From Candidatus Altimarinota bacterium (GTDB taxonomy: Bacteria > Patescibacteriota > Gracilibacteria > UBA1369 > GCA-2718715), in contig JBESAV010000001.1 of the NCBI GenBank assembly GCA_041242255.1, positions 896,001 to 960,000 of the forward strand: a stretch of DNA of 64,000 nucleotides, in the 5' to 3' direction. The translations under genes were made by a program, and so were the position numbers. This document shows, one piece after another, positions 9,795 through 20,247 of the stretch (positions within the stretch are counted from its first letter, which is position 1; each line of letters starts with the position of its first letter). Under the pieces are notes generated by a model. The model was given only the letters and a program-made list of their open reading frames with translations. It was not told where the DNA came from and made no database searches.

Positions 9795-10679
9795 ATGAAC
9801 ACTTTCAAAGAAAGCTGGACCAATCTAAAAAGACATAATCTTCTTACTTTCGCTACAGTAGTCAGCCTTGGACTTATACTAGTAGTATTCAACGTACTTA
9901 TTAGTCACCACATCAAAGCTAAAGAGTTCATTGATGAATTATCCCAAAAAATCAACTACACCATCTACCTCCAACCAGAAATATCAGAAGATGAAATAGA
10001 CCAAATCCAAACATATCTCCAAAACCAACCTGAAATTCAAGAGGTAACTTTTTACTCACAAGATCAGGCCTTGGAAAACTTACAAGAAAAATCTCCAACC
10101 AGCGTAGATTTCTTAAGAGATTACGATTTAGAAAATCCTTTACCAAACTCTTTCAAGATAAAAACAACCAACCTAGAAGACCAAAAAACAATCCAAAACC
10201 GAATCCAAAACTCAAACTTTTCAGACAACCTCCTCCAAACAAAAATGGAACGAGAACACACCGACACAATCCAAAAAGTCATTCAAAACCTTATCAAGAT
10301 CAAAGAAACAAGTCTCAACGCCTTCATAGGAATTCTAGCGATCTTCACCTTAGCAGGAAGCCTAATCACGTTTAACGCTATCAAAACCAGTCTATACAAT
10401 AGAAAAAACGAAATACAAATCATGCAATTAGTAGGTGCAACCTTAAGCAGAATTCGATCCCCATTCCTACTCGAAAGTGCACTGATCGGAGTATTTAGCT
10501 TCTCAGTAAACCTACTTCTTCTTATCCCAATAGGACAACTTTTCCTTACTTCCTTTCAAACTGACCAGAACCTCCTTATCCTAGGTATACAACTAGCAGC
10601 CTCTATTCTAATAAGCTTCATTACCAGTTTACTCCTGGTTAACAAACACCTAAGATCTAAAGAAATCTACCAAGACTAA
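9795..10679 (+). CDS. ftsX: Cell division permease-like protein FtsX
   Basis: N-terminal TM, ENPLPNSF, RKNEIQIMQLVGAT..IRSPFLLES. Confidence 0.9.
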   Translation: MNTFKESWTNLKRHNLLTFATVVSLGLILVVFNVLISHHIKAKEFIDELSQKINYTIYLQPEISEDEIDQIQTYLQNQPEIQEVTFYSQDQALENLQEKSPTSVDFLRDYDLENPLPNSFKIKTTNLEDQKTIQNRIQNSNFSDNLLQTKMEREHTDTIQKVIQNLIKIKETSLNAFIGILAIFTLAGSLITFNAIKTSLYNRKNEIQIMQLVGATLSRIRSPFLLESALIGVFSFSVNLLLLIPIGQLFLTSFQTDQNLLILGIQLAASILISFITSLLLVNKHLRSKEIYQD

Positions 10680-11392
10680 TGTCCCAAAAACTAACAAATG
10701 ACCAGTTAATCATACTTCGTAAATTCCCAATAAACGAAAGTGATTTACTCATAGTAGTCTTCGGCAAACAACTTGGTAAAATACTTATCAAAGCCAAAGG
10801 AGAAAGAAAAACTAAAAGCCAATTCAAAGGAAAAATCAATATTTTCAACCACCTAAACGCTACCATTTACGACAGTGGAAGATCTTTCACACTTACTGAA
10901 GCCAATCTTATCACTCCTGGACCTGACGGAACAAACCTCTTCCAATTCCAAAGCTTCCAACAAATCTCAAAAATCCTAAACCAAATTCTTCAAGATCAAC
11001 ATCCACAACCTCAAATTTTTGAGCTACTCACCCAACTCACTCAGCTTGAATCAGAACAACTTCTCGAGATATTCATCATAAAACTCCTTTACCTTGAAGG
11101 ACACATTTATCCAGTTCAACCTCCAGAAAAAATCCCTGAGGGTAAATCACTCTACTTCTACATAGACAAAAACGGATCTATCAATTCAACTTTAGACACA
11201 CAAGTTGACCCTAATAACCTTATCCCTCCAAAAATAATAAAAGCTATAAACTTTTACCTAAAAGCTCCAATTCAAACATGCTCAAAACTTAAATTATCCC
11301 AAGAAGAACAAGAAGAACTGCATAAAACAGTAAAAAACCTATACCAAAACAACCTTAACCTAGAACTAAAATCAATTCCAAAACTAGTCTAG
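10679..11392 (+). CDS. recO: DNA repair protein RecO
   Basis: IILRKFPINESDLLIVVF...GKILIKAKG.RK.KS OB-fold pattern. Confidence 0.85.
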   Translation: MSQKLTNDQLIILRKFPINESDLLIVVFGKQLGKILIKAKGERKTKSQFKGKINIFNHLNATIYDSGRSFTLTEANLITPGPDGTNLFQFQSFQQISKILNQILQDQHPQPQIFELLTQLTQLESEQLLEIFIIKLLYLEGHIYPVQPPEKIPEGKSLYFYIDKNGSINSTLDTQVDPNNLIPPKIIKAINFYLKAPIQTCSKLKLSQEEQEELHKTVKNLYQNNLNLELKSIPKLV

Positions 11393-13653
11393 ATCTGCCT
11401 TACAGCAATAACACTCTCTACCCGCTCTAACTTAGACATAATTCTTTGAAGCTGCTCTTCATCATCGACTGATATACTCAAAAGCCTCATTTTTATCTTA
11501 TCTCCAGAATTCTTATCAAGTGATAGATCCTTAATATTTATACTTTCATCTCTCAAGATTTGAGACACATCAAACAAAAATCCAACTCTATCCACCAACT
11601 CAATACACAAATCCACATCCAGCTTTTGATCACGCTCTTCACCTTTCCAGTAAACAGGTATAGTCCTATCACTCAAACCATTCAGCATAACCTTACAGTC
11701 TTTCCTATGCACACTAATTCCACTCCCCCTGGTGACATACCCCACAATCTTTGATCCAGGCTTAGGATTACAACAAGTGGCATATCTTATTTTAAGATCC
11801 TCTCCTCCATCAATCACAACCTCACGATTGCTAGAAGCTTTAACAACCTTTTTTTTCTTAGCTTTCTTAGGCTTTACATCATAAAGATATACATTCTTAA
11901 ACACAGTAGAAGGCAAGATAACTCCAGCCCCAACTTCCTCAACAATCTTCTCTCTCTGCTTTAAAGTAAGATCTTTATCTCCATACTTCTTCATAACTGA
12001 AAACTCTGAATCCAATGGCTCTTTATCCATCTTCTCAAAGAAAGCATTCAAAAGTTCTTTACCTTCTTTCATGTTCTTCTCAACATCCTCACTCTTAAAG
12101 AAAGATTTTATTCTAGATTTAGCCCCAGATGTAACCACAAATGAGAGCCAATACTGATTTGGCTTACTATCCTCTTTAGTAATAATATCAACAACTTCAC
12201 CATTCTTCAGCTTGTAGTCCAAAGGCACAATCGCACCATTCACTTTAGCCATAACACATTTATGACCAACATCAGTATGCACAGCATAAGCAAAATCAAC
12301 TGGAGTAGCACCTCTTGGTAAATCTTTCGTATCACCATGAGGAGTTATCACAAAAATCCTATCATTAAAAACATCTCTTTGCAGATCCTCAATCAACTCA
12401 TCTCCATCAGGAGTATTTCTTTGCAATTCTTCTAAAGCATTAACCCATGCTGTTCTAGAAGCAGAAACTTTCTTCTTAGATAACTTAGACTTATCCTCTG
12501 ATGAATTTTCCTTCACAAATTTTGATTTCAACTCATCCCAAATACCTCTTTTTGAATCCGTTGCAACAGCCTTACTCCCTCCGGTATCCTTATATAACCA
12601 ATGAGAAGCAATCCCTCTCTCTGCTTCATCATGCATTATCTCATTTCTCAACTGAATTTCGATTGGATTATTGTATCCATCAGGACCAAGTCCAATAACA
12701 GTCGTATGCAAACTTCTATATCCGTTAGGTTTCGGCATAGCTATATAATCTTTAAACCTGTTTGGTAGTGGAGTCCATCGATTGTGAATATCTCCCAAAA
12801 TCTTATACAAATCACTCACATCCTCTTCCCCTAAATTATTAACCTTAGTTGGGGTAACTATTCTTATAGCAAAAATATCGTAAACCTCATCCACCACCGC
12901 ACTCCCCTTCCTCTTCAATTTCTTATAAATACTATACCTACCCTTCACTCTAGAACTAATATCAAAACTGTAACCTTTTGTTTGCAAATATTTAGTTAGC
13001 GAAGCCTCAACAGACTTTATAAGATTCCCACTAGATTTCGAATAAGACTTAAGTTGCTCATCGATCTCTTCATACATATCAGGATAAATGTATTTGAAGC
13101 ATAAATCCTGCAAATCAGATTTAATACCATAAATACCAAGCCTAGATGCTATCGGTACATAAACATCCATAGTCTCTTTAGCAATTCTCATTCTTTTATG
13201 ATCTGAAACTGCGTCCAAAGTAGTCATATTATGCCATCGATCACAAAGCTTAATAATAATAACTCTCAAATCGGATGCCATAGTCACAAACATCTTTCTA
13301 AGATTCTCCACATTAGGTTCATCGATTCTCGATCTAACTTGCCCAACTTTCTCAAGTCCGTAAACCATATTTCTTACTCCTTTTCCAAACTCTTTTTCTA
13401 TATCATCTAACGTTCTCTCAGTATCTTCCGAAACATCATGCAATAAACTCGCAATAACCATATCCTCATCAGGATTGAACTCAAGAAGCTTCAAAGTTAC
13501 AGCAATTGGGTGAATATAATATGGCTCACCAGTTTTTCTTTTTTGACCATCATGTGCTGCTTTACCAAACTCAAACCCCTTCAACAAACGAGCCTTATCA
13601 AATTTAGGATTATAATCTAACACTTTCTTTACAAATTGGTTTGCAGACAACAT
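11389..13653 (-). CDS. rel: Bifunctional (p)ppGpp synthetase/hydrolase (long RSH)
   Basis: GEPYYIHP, LLHDVSED (HD), IKLCDRWHNM, RFKDYI, NGYRSLHT, TGS motif TPVDFAYAVHT, CCNP, C-terminal ACT; ATG 13653 preferred. Confidence 0.95.
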   Translation of the reverse strand: MLSANQFVKKVLDYNPKFDKARLLKGFEFGKAAHDGQKRKTGEPYYIHPIAVTLKLLEFNPDEDMVIASLLHDVSEDTERTLDDIEKEFGKGVRNMVYGLEKVGQVRSRIDEPNVENLRKMFVTMASDLRVIIIKLCDRWHNMTTLDAVSDHKRMRIAKETMDVYVPIASRLGIYGIKSDLQDLCFKYIYPDMYEEIDEQLKSYSKSSGNLIKSVEASLTKYLQTKGYSFDISSRVKGRYSIYKKLKRKGSAVVDEVYDIFAIRIVTPTKVNNLGEEDVSDLYKILGDIHNRWTPLPNRFKDYIAMPKPNGYRSLHTTVIGLGPDGYNNPIEIQLRNEIMHDEAERGIASHWLYKDTGGSKAVATDSKRGIWDELKSKFVKENSSEDKSKLSKKKVSASRTAWVNALEELQRNTPDGDELIEDLQRDVFNDRIFVITPHGDTKDLPRGATPVDFAYAVHTDVGHKCVMAKVNGAIVPLDYKLKNGEVVDIITKEDSKPNQYWLSFVVTSGAKSRIKSFFKSEDVEKNMKEGKELLNAFFEKMDKEPLDSEFSVMKKYGDKDLTLKQREKIVEEVGAGVILPSTVFKNVYLYDVKPKKAKKKKVVKASSNREVVIDGGEDLKIRYATCCNPKPGSKIVGYVTRGSGISVHRKDCKVMLNGLSDRTIPVYWKGEERDQKLDVDLCIELVDRVGFLFDVSQILRDESINIKDLSLDKNSGDKIKMRLLSISVDDEEQLQRIMSKLERVESVIAVRQI

Positions 13654-13734
13654 ACGAAAAAATATTAACAAATACTTTTCATCACTGTGCAACTAATAAT
13701 ATGTCAATTCAACCAAATAATAAACAGCAAATTA

Positions 13735-14964
13735 CTACTGACCATCAATAATCAAATCCAAATCAACATTCCTATAATCCACAACCCTTACTCCCTGTAT
13801 AAACGCCTCTCTATTTAACTCAATCGCTGTGATTCGATCAGTCACAATCGATTCAATTCCATTATATCTATCTAAAATAGCTTGTCTTGCCTTAAGTTCA
13901 GAAGTGAGTACAACTTCCCTTCTTCCTAGTTCCTGAAAGACTCCTAATAATTCACTCACTCTACTTGAATTTAAAGCTTCAACCTCACCAAAAAACTCTA
14001 CCTCCACAGCTTCAAGCTCAAGCTCTAAAGCATTTAATCTAACTAAATACTGGTTTATTTCTTCTTCCAAATCACTTTGAGCCATCAAAGCACTCTCATA
14101 ATTACCTCTAAGATTCAAAACATAGTTTTCATAAGCCGCCTCTCTATCATTTACTACGGAAAGATAAGCAAACAGATCCGTATTAAAGACAGATCTCAAC
14201 TTCCTGTAAGTATCTAGATATCTACCAATTTTTGACTGGCTTTGGTTCGACATACCAACAATTCCAATCAACTCTATTGCTTCACTATCCAATCTTTCCA
14301 ACTCATCACGACCAATACTTCCGACATCTCCCACTCCACCAATTCCATCATCTTTATTTTCAACAGGCTCCTCCACCACAGGCTCGCTTGGCTCTTCGTC
14401 AGTTGGTTCTTCTTCATTTCCAGAAAACCACTCAGAAATCCTATCCCACAAACCAGGTCCTTCATCGACAACTGGTTCCTCAATCAAAGGCTCATCTGGC
14501 TCATTGGTTATATCATCCGGAGTACTAGAAAATAAGCTCAACAAATAATAAAAACTTAAAATCACTCCAATTACAAAACATAAAATAATCGCAAGAAAGA
14601 TGTACAATTGCCTTCTAGTAATACCTACATCTCCCAAAAACTCATCTAATTTTGATGGGTTTTCAATTTCGAGCATTTGATTCAAATCTTCTTCAGTAGT
14701 CTTTGGCTCAACAGGTTTATCAACATCAACATTCTTTCTTACCTTTGAAGCTATCTCCCCAGAAATCTCACTGAAATCAACATTTTCATTAACAGTATTG
14801 TCAGCTACCTCTGGATTATCAGAAACCTGCTCTGCAAAATCCCCTAAAGTTTTACTAATCTCAGCATCTTTTATATCAAGTTGTTCAGATTCATTGAGAT
14901 TTTTATCAAGTTTATCATCTTGATTATCTTTTCCTTCTGGATTTAGATTAACATCTTTCGGCAT
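13735..14964 (-). CDS. Single-pass membrane protein with acidic linker and coiled-coil C-terminus
   Basis: TM LYIFLAIILCFVIGVILSFYYLL; EEP repeats; helical C-terminal region. Confidence 0.75.
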   Translation of the reverse strand: MPKDVNLNPEGKDNQDDKLDKNLNESEQLDIKDAEISKTLGDFAEQVSDNPEVADNTVNENVDFSEISGEIASKVRKNVDVDKPVEPKTTEEDLNQMLEIENPSKLDEFLGDVGITRRQLYIFLAIILCFVIGVILSFYYLLSLFSSTPDDITNEPDEPLIEEPVVDEGPGLWDRISEWFSGNEEEPTDEEPSEPVVEEPVENKDDGIGGVGDVGSIGRDELERLDSEAIELIGIVGMSNQSQSKIGRYLDTYRKLRSVFNTDLFAYLSVVNDREAAYENYVLNLRGNYESALMAQSDLEEEINQYLVRLNALELELEAVEVEFFGEVEALNSSRVSELLGVFQELGRREVVLTSELKARQAILDRYNGIESIVTDRITAIELNREAFIQGVRVVDYRNVDLDLIIDGQ

Positions 14965-15104
14965 AAACCTTTTTACACTCCCTTAATTATACCACAAAAC
15001 ACCTAAAAGGCGAAACTAGAACTAAAGATCAAAACTATATATATGACGACCCAGTTTTAGCATTTGAACTAAATTTGTATCCATAAAAGTTATATCATGC
15101 AGAT

Positions 15105-15461
15105 ATGATAAATACACAAGAAATCAGTAAGTTTTTCACCCAAGAAGAAGCTAACAAAAGCTTAGTCTTAGTTAGCAAAATTGCTAATGATATAGAAAAC
15201 AAATCTCAACAACTTCAACTAATCAAGTCAAAACTACTAATCGACCAAGAAGACCAACAACTTCTCGAAGAAGTTCAAAACCTTGGTAATCAGATCATTC
15301 ACCACGCCCACGAACTAGAAGATATAGGAGCTCAGATCTTAAACATTGCTCCTCTAATAATAGGATTCCCACAAATAAAAGGTGATGAAGTTAGCTTTTT
15401 AACATGGAGCCTCGGACAAGACGAAGTTAGACCAGAATTAAGTGATCACCTTGTAAAATAA
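15105..15461 (+). CDS. DUF2203-like protein
   Basis: FFTQEEANKSL...ELEDIGA...IGFP...LTWSLGQ pattern. Confidence 0.6.
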   Translation: MINTQEISKFFTQEEANKSLVLVSKIANDIENKSQQLQLIKSKLLIDQEDQQLLEEVQNLGNQIIHHAHELEDIGAQILNIAPLIIGFPQIKGDEVSFLTWSLGQDEVRPELSDHLVK

Positions 15462-15553
15462 TACATAAAATATATTTCTGCATACCTTATCTTTAAGGTC
15501 TTATTTGTCATATCAAGAATTTCCAAATAACATATTCTCCTTAATCAAATTTC

Positions 15554-15763
15554 ATGCAGGAATTCAAACTAAACTTCACCTTAAAAGATTTTCAAGAAAG
15601 AAACGTAGTATTAGAAAACCCAAAACTAGGTCAAATCCTATGGCCAATAAAGCTTTTTCCAGATGATATCCATAAAGGAGATCAAGTCAGCTTAGGAATC
15701 CTAACTAAGAACTACCAAACCAAAGAAAACCACATCAAAGAAGCTCTCAAAGAACTACTCTAA
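15554..15763 (+). CDS. Small hypothetical protein (DUF3006-like)
   Basis: ILWPIKLFPDDIHKGDQV pattern; 69 aa. Confidence 0.55.
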   Translation: MQEFKLNFTLKDFQERNVVLENPKLGQILWPIKLFPDDIHKGDQVSLGILTKNYQTKENHIKEALKELL

Positions 15764-17067
15764 CCTTCCCATATCCAATCCGCTAGAAGCTTCTTCTCCT
15801 TCACACCAAAGTAACTAATGTATTCTCCAAAAGCTAAACTGTAGGCAGACTTAGCACCAAACTTACCATCGAAAATGGTAAACTTAGAAACATCCTTCAC
15901 AGGCATCCTCAAAAATCGATCTTTAGTATATTTTATTTTATACTCTGCTCTCACCATTTCGGGCCACTCTTCAAGACTTACACCAAACACTTCCTCAGCA
16001 AGCTCCCAAATACCTTCCCATCTATTTACCCTAATTTCACAACCTAACCTTGTTGCAATATTTTGCAATGTATAGCCATTGTAAATAGGAATTGTTCTAT
16101 TCTCTATTGAACTAAAAACCATATCCAAGACTTCAGGATAAACACCTTTTAACACTTCAATAATCTCTTCATCCTCCATATTTTCCATAGATCTTATATC
16201 TAGATCAGGCCAAATCATAGCCGCCATACTCATTTTTTGCTCTATACCAAAAGTACTATCAATATCTATTTTCAGTATAAACCTAGCATATTGAGCCAAA
16301 CTTAAATCACAATCAAATAACTCCTCAATCTGAGCAATCTCCAATTCCAAAAATTCTTTGGCAGTATACTTACTTTTAATCATCTCATGTTTCTCTAAAA
16401 TAAATTTTTCGAACTTCTCAGGCGCAATTTGCTCCAACAACAATAATTCAAAAATATATGGTTTCCTTTCACTATATCCTATCATATTTTCACCATACGA
16501 AGACTTAGACAAACTCAAATCAGCATCTATTTCCAAAACATAAGTTCCACGCCTTTTTTCTTCAGAGAATACAATCATTTTTCCAACATCAGATAAAGTG
16601 ACACAACAATACGGTAACTTTCCCCAACTCTCAGTCACCTTCCCCACTTTTACTTCCAATGAACCCTTACTATATCCAGCTCTTTCTAAACCTCTAATCA
16701 AAGCTTCCAATTTACCTGGATGCACATAATCCATTCTTTCAATACTAGATTCACCAACCCGAATATCATCTGATCCAGAAGACTCCGGCGGCAAAAACTC
16801 TGTAGATTCATAGGTTACTCTAAACCAATCTCCAAAGGCTTTACCCTGACTAACCATCATCTTAGGCAGCAAACCATACCTTTCCGCAAAATCAGAAAAA
16901 CTTACACTGACCTTAGGAGTTAACTTTGAATTTTCATATTCAAAAACAGATAATAATTCTTCTAGCTTAACTTCTCTTAAAACCGAAGCAACAGTATCCA
17001 CTGGAACTTCCTTATCATAGATAAGTATCCCAAATTCAACTGCTGATTCTATTATTAATCTTTCCAT
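15760..17067 (-). CDS. Hypothetical protein with three C-terminal ~65-70 aa repeats
   Basis: 435-aa ORF; repeats end MAAMIW, LAEEVF and LADWIW. Confidence 0.75.
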   Translation of the reverse strand: MERLIIESAVEFGILIYDKEVPVDTVASVLREVKLEELLSVFEYENSKLTPKVSVSFSDFAERYGLLPKMMVSQGKAFGDWFRVTYESTEFLPPESSGSDDIRVGESSIERMDYVHPGKLEALIRGLERAGYSKGSLEVKVGKVTESWGKLPYCCVTLSDVGKMIVFSEEKRRGTYVLEIDADLSLSKSSYGENMIGYSERKPYIFELLLLEQIAPEKFEKFILEKHEMIKSKYTAKEFLELEIAQIEELFDCDLSLAQYARFILKIDIDSTFGIEQKMSMAAMIWPDLDIRSMENMEDEEIIEVLKGVYPEVLDMVFSSIENRTIPIYNGYTLQNIATRLGCEIRVNRWEGIWELAEEVFGVSLEEWPEMVRAEYKIKYTKDRFLRMPVKDVSKFTIFDGKFGAKSAYSLAFGEYISYFGVKEKKLLADWIWEG

Positions 17068-17113
17068 TATTCAAAGTTAGACCAAACTCTAACACTTTAA
17101 ATAAAACAGTCAA

Positions 17114-17833
17114 CTACACAAATAATTTTTCAAGTATATCACCGACATAGAAAGAAACCAATGCCGCAACTCCACCTAACATCAAAGTTTCAGCTACAGC
17201 TCTAAAAATATTTTCTTCAGTTAAAACACTTTTCAAAACTCCTATCAGCACAAAACCAATCGAAGTAAATAGGCATGAAAGAGGAAATAACTGCTCATCT
17301 CCAAGATTCAAAGCATCCTGAAAAATATATGTAAGCAAAGGTATAAAACCAACCAAAACAAATGCAGCATAAGTCATCACACCATTCCAAACAGGGTGAG
17401 ATTGCTCAAGCACCTCTTCATGTTCATGCTTAAGTACAACATCGACAGCCACATCTTTATTTTCACCAATTTTCTTAACAACATCATCTTTCATTTTCCC
17501 TTCAAATCCCATCTTTCCAACAATTCCTTCCAAAACTTTCATAAAACCTGATCTGTTCTTTTTATAATCTAAAGCAACCTCATTCTTCAATCTTGAGAAA
17601 TTATGCATACTTGATTTTGTTGAAAGATAACTCCCAATACCCATAGAAAGTCCATCTGCAAGCATATTTGCAATCCCAAGAATCAATACAACCTTAGTAT
17701 CCAATCCACCACCTGCAGACCCAGCAACAACAGCAAAAGTAGTTACAGATCCATCAATACCTCCATATACAAATTCTCCTAGGTATTCTCTAGACTTAGC
17801 CAACAATCTCTCTCTCTTATTTTGTTTATTCAT
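17114..17833 (-). CDS. VIT1/CCC1 family Fe/Mn transporter
   Basis: VYGGIDGSVTTFAVVAG, LGIANMLADGLSMG.GSYLS, GFIPLL. Confidence 0.92.
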   Translation of the reverse strand: MNKQNKRERLLAKSREYLGEFVYGGIDGSVTTFAVVAGSAGGGLDTKVVLILGIANMLADGLSMGIGSYLSTKSSMHNFSRLKNEVALDYKKNRSGFMKVLEGIVGKMGFEGKMKDDVVKKIGENKDVAVDVVLKHEHEEVLEQSHPVWNGVMTYAAFVLVGFIPLLTYIFQDALNLGDEQLFPLSCLFTSIGFVLIGVLKSVLTEENIFRAVAETLMLGGVAALVSFYVGDILEKLFV

Positions 17834-17947
17834 AATAGTTTTTAAATTTATACGCTATACTACAACATTTCCGGAACTTCTCAAACATTTTTTCAGGTTC
17901 ATTATTCCACTTAAAACCCTTAAAATAAACCCAATTAATCAAACAAA

Positions 17948-18721
17948 ATGACTAAAATCTATTCATGGAACGTTAACGGAATCCGAGCAGTATACAAAAA
18001 AGGATTTATGGACTTCCTAAAAACACAAGACCCAGACATACTATGCCTTCAAGAAATCAAAGCTAATCACGATCAACTCCCCCAAGAACTACAAAACCTT
18101 GAGGGTTACCACGCTGTATTCAATTCTGCTGAAAAAAAGGGCTACTCGGGTACTGCCATCTACTCTAAAGAGAAACCTACAATGGTAGCCTATGAAATAC
18201 CAGAACTAGAGCCTCAAAACGAAGGAAGAGTTATCACAGCTGAATTCAAAAATTTTATTTTAGTTAACGTATATACTCCAAATTCAAAAAGACAACTAGA
18301 ACGTTTAGGCCAAAGACAAATTTGGGATAAAGGCTTCACCAGCTACCTCAACCAACTTCGCCAAGAAAATCCAAACAAAGCCATAATATGTTGCGGAGAT
18401 TTAAACGTAGCTCATCAAGAAATTGACTTAGCTAGACCAAAACAAAACACCAAAAACGCAGGATTCACCCAAGAAGAAAGAGCGGGTATACAGCGACATA
18501 TCGACAACGAATTCATAGATACTTTTAGACACCTCCATCCAAAAAAAGCAGAAGAATACACCTGGTGGAGCTATCAAGCAAAATCCAGAGAAAGAAATGT
18601 AGGATGGAGAATCGATTACTTCCTTCTAGATAAAAACCACCTTGATATACTTCAAAAAGCTGAAATTCATCAAGATGTACATGGCTCAGATCATTGCCCG
18701 ATTAGTATTCAAATCAAGTAA
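17948..18721 (+). CDS. xth: Exodeoxyribonuclease III (AP endonuclease)
   Basis: SWNVNGIRA, LCLQEIK, GDLNVAH, GWRIDYF, SDHCP. Confidence 0.96.
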   Translation: MTKIYSWNVNGIRAVYKKGFMDFLKTQDPDILCLQEIKANHDQLPQELQNLEGYHAVFNSAEKKGYSGTAIYSKEKPTMVAYEIPELEPQNEGRVITAEFKNFILVNVYTPNSKRQLERLGQRQIWDKGFTSYLNQLRQENPNKAIICCGDLNVAHQEIDLARPKQNTKNAGFTQEERAGIQRHIDNEFIDTFRHLHPKKAEEYTWWSYQAKSRERNVGWRIDYFLLDKNHLDILQKAEIHQDVHGSDHCPISIQIK

Positions 18722-18754
18722 AACATGTTAAAATAATTAGATATAACAAATAAA

Positions 18755-19669
18755 ATGTCTAATTTTAAAATATCTATTATTGGATGTGGAAACGTAGGAG
18801 CTACTACCGCATACACACTACTATCAGAAGAGATTGCCAGCGAAATATGCATTTTTGATATTAATCGAGATAAGACCAGAGGTATTGTTTTAGATTTTCA
18901 ACATGCCCAACACTTCTTACCAAACACAAAAATCACAGCAGCAAAAGAACTAAAAGATACAACAGCCTCAGATTTAATAATAATAACCGCTGGTGCCAAA
19001 CAAAAGCCTGGTCAAACACGTGAAGACCTAACTATCAACAACAAAAAAATTTTTGAACAGCTTATTCCAGAAATTGCTCAACACTCACCAAACTCAATTC
19101 TTCTAATCGTTACAAACCCTGTAGATGCACTAACTTTCTATGCTAAAGAGTTAAGTGGCTTTTCTAAAGAAAAAGTAATAGGAACTGGAACCTTATTAGA
19201 TACATTCAGATTCAAATACCATCTAAGTCAAGATTCTAAAATCAATCCTCAAAATATTCATACCTATGTACTTGGAGAACACGGCGACTCTTCCCTTCCT
19301 TACATATCAGGGGCAAATATTGCTGGTAAACCAATTACTAAAATACTACAAAAGCAACAAATCAACTCATCTTTCAAAGATACACAACAAGCAGCCTACA
19401 GAATCATTAATGATGTCGGATATACATGCTATTCCATAGCACAAGTTTGCAAAGAAATAACCAAAGCCATCGTTCAAGACTCAAATAAAATTCTACCTGT
19501 ATCCACATATTTAAACGGAGAGTATGACTTAAAAGATATAAGCTTGAGCGTTCCATGCCAGATAAACAAACAAGGAGTCGCAAAAGTAATAGAAATACCT
19601 TTATCTAAAAACGAAACTAAATTACTTAAAAACTCAGCTACAAAAATCAAAAGCATGATTAATAGTTAA
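18755..19669 (+). CDS. ldh: L-lactate dehydrogenase
   Basis: IIGCGNVG, TAGAKQKPGQTR (Gln at the LDH specificity position), NPVD, GEHGDS. Confidence 0.9.
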   Translation: MSNFKISIIGCGNVGATTAYTLLSEEIASEICIFDINRDKTRGIVLDFQHAQHFLPNTKITAAKELKDTTASDLIIITAGAKQKPGQTREDLTINNKKIFEQLIPEIAQHSPNSILLIVTNPVDALTFYAKELSGFSKEKVIGTGTLLDTFRFKYHLSQDSKINPQNIHTYVLGEHGDSSLPYISGANIAGKPITKILQKQQINSSFKDTQQAAYRIINDVGYTCYSIAQVCKEITKAIVQDSNKILPVSTYLNGEYDLKDISLSVPCQINKQGVAKVIEIPLSKNETKLLKNSATKIKSMINS

Positions 19670-19676
19670 CTAAAAA

Positions 19677-20195
19677 CTAACCGTTTGATTTGACCAAAAT
19701 ATCATCGATAGCCTTATCTATATCAAACTTTGAGGGTTTCCAACGCCTATCATCTAAAGAGAAAATGTTATCTCCTTTTTCTCTAACTATATCCTGGATT
19801 CTTCGAACTAAAACATGACTTTTAGAAATGGACTTTAAGAAAAAATCTTCAAGAAAATTTCGAATTTCAAACTCATCCAAATTCCCATCCAGATAACCAT
19901 TCAATACAAGGTTTAACCGTAATCTATGTACATTCTCAACAGCAACATCGTATTCACCTTCAACACCATCTACCAAAATACCAAATTCCCTAAAACCAAA
20001 ATAATTAGCAAACTGAGAACTAAGCTCCATAAAGTAATACTCATACTGGCTTTCCACATTAAAATCAGCCAATACAAAACTCAAAGCCTGCTCCAATTCA
20101 TCTTCAGACAGATCTAAACACTCTAAAATTTCTTTAGTTTTTAACTCATAAAAACGTTTCAAACTAAACCTTTCTGGAAAATCAATAATATCCAT
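19677..20195 (-). CDS. Hypothetical protein
   Basis: Acidic orphan ORF; upstream TTGACA-N17-TAGAAT favours ATG 20195. Confidence 0.6.
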   Translation of the reverse strand: MDIIDFPERFSLKRFYELKTKEILECLDLSEDELEQALSFVLADFNVESQYEYYFMELSSQFANYFGFREFGILVDGVEGEYDVAVENVHRLRLNLVLNGYLDGNLDEFEIRNFLEDFFLKSISKSHVLVRRIQDIVREKGDNIFSLDDRRWKPSKFDIDKAIDDILVKSNG

Positions 20196-20247
20196 ATAAC
20201 TTCTTAATAGATACAATTCTAACCACCTAACCCCAAAGTGTCAAAGT

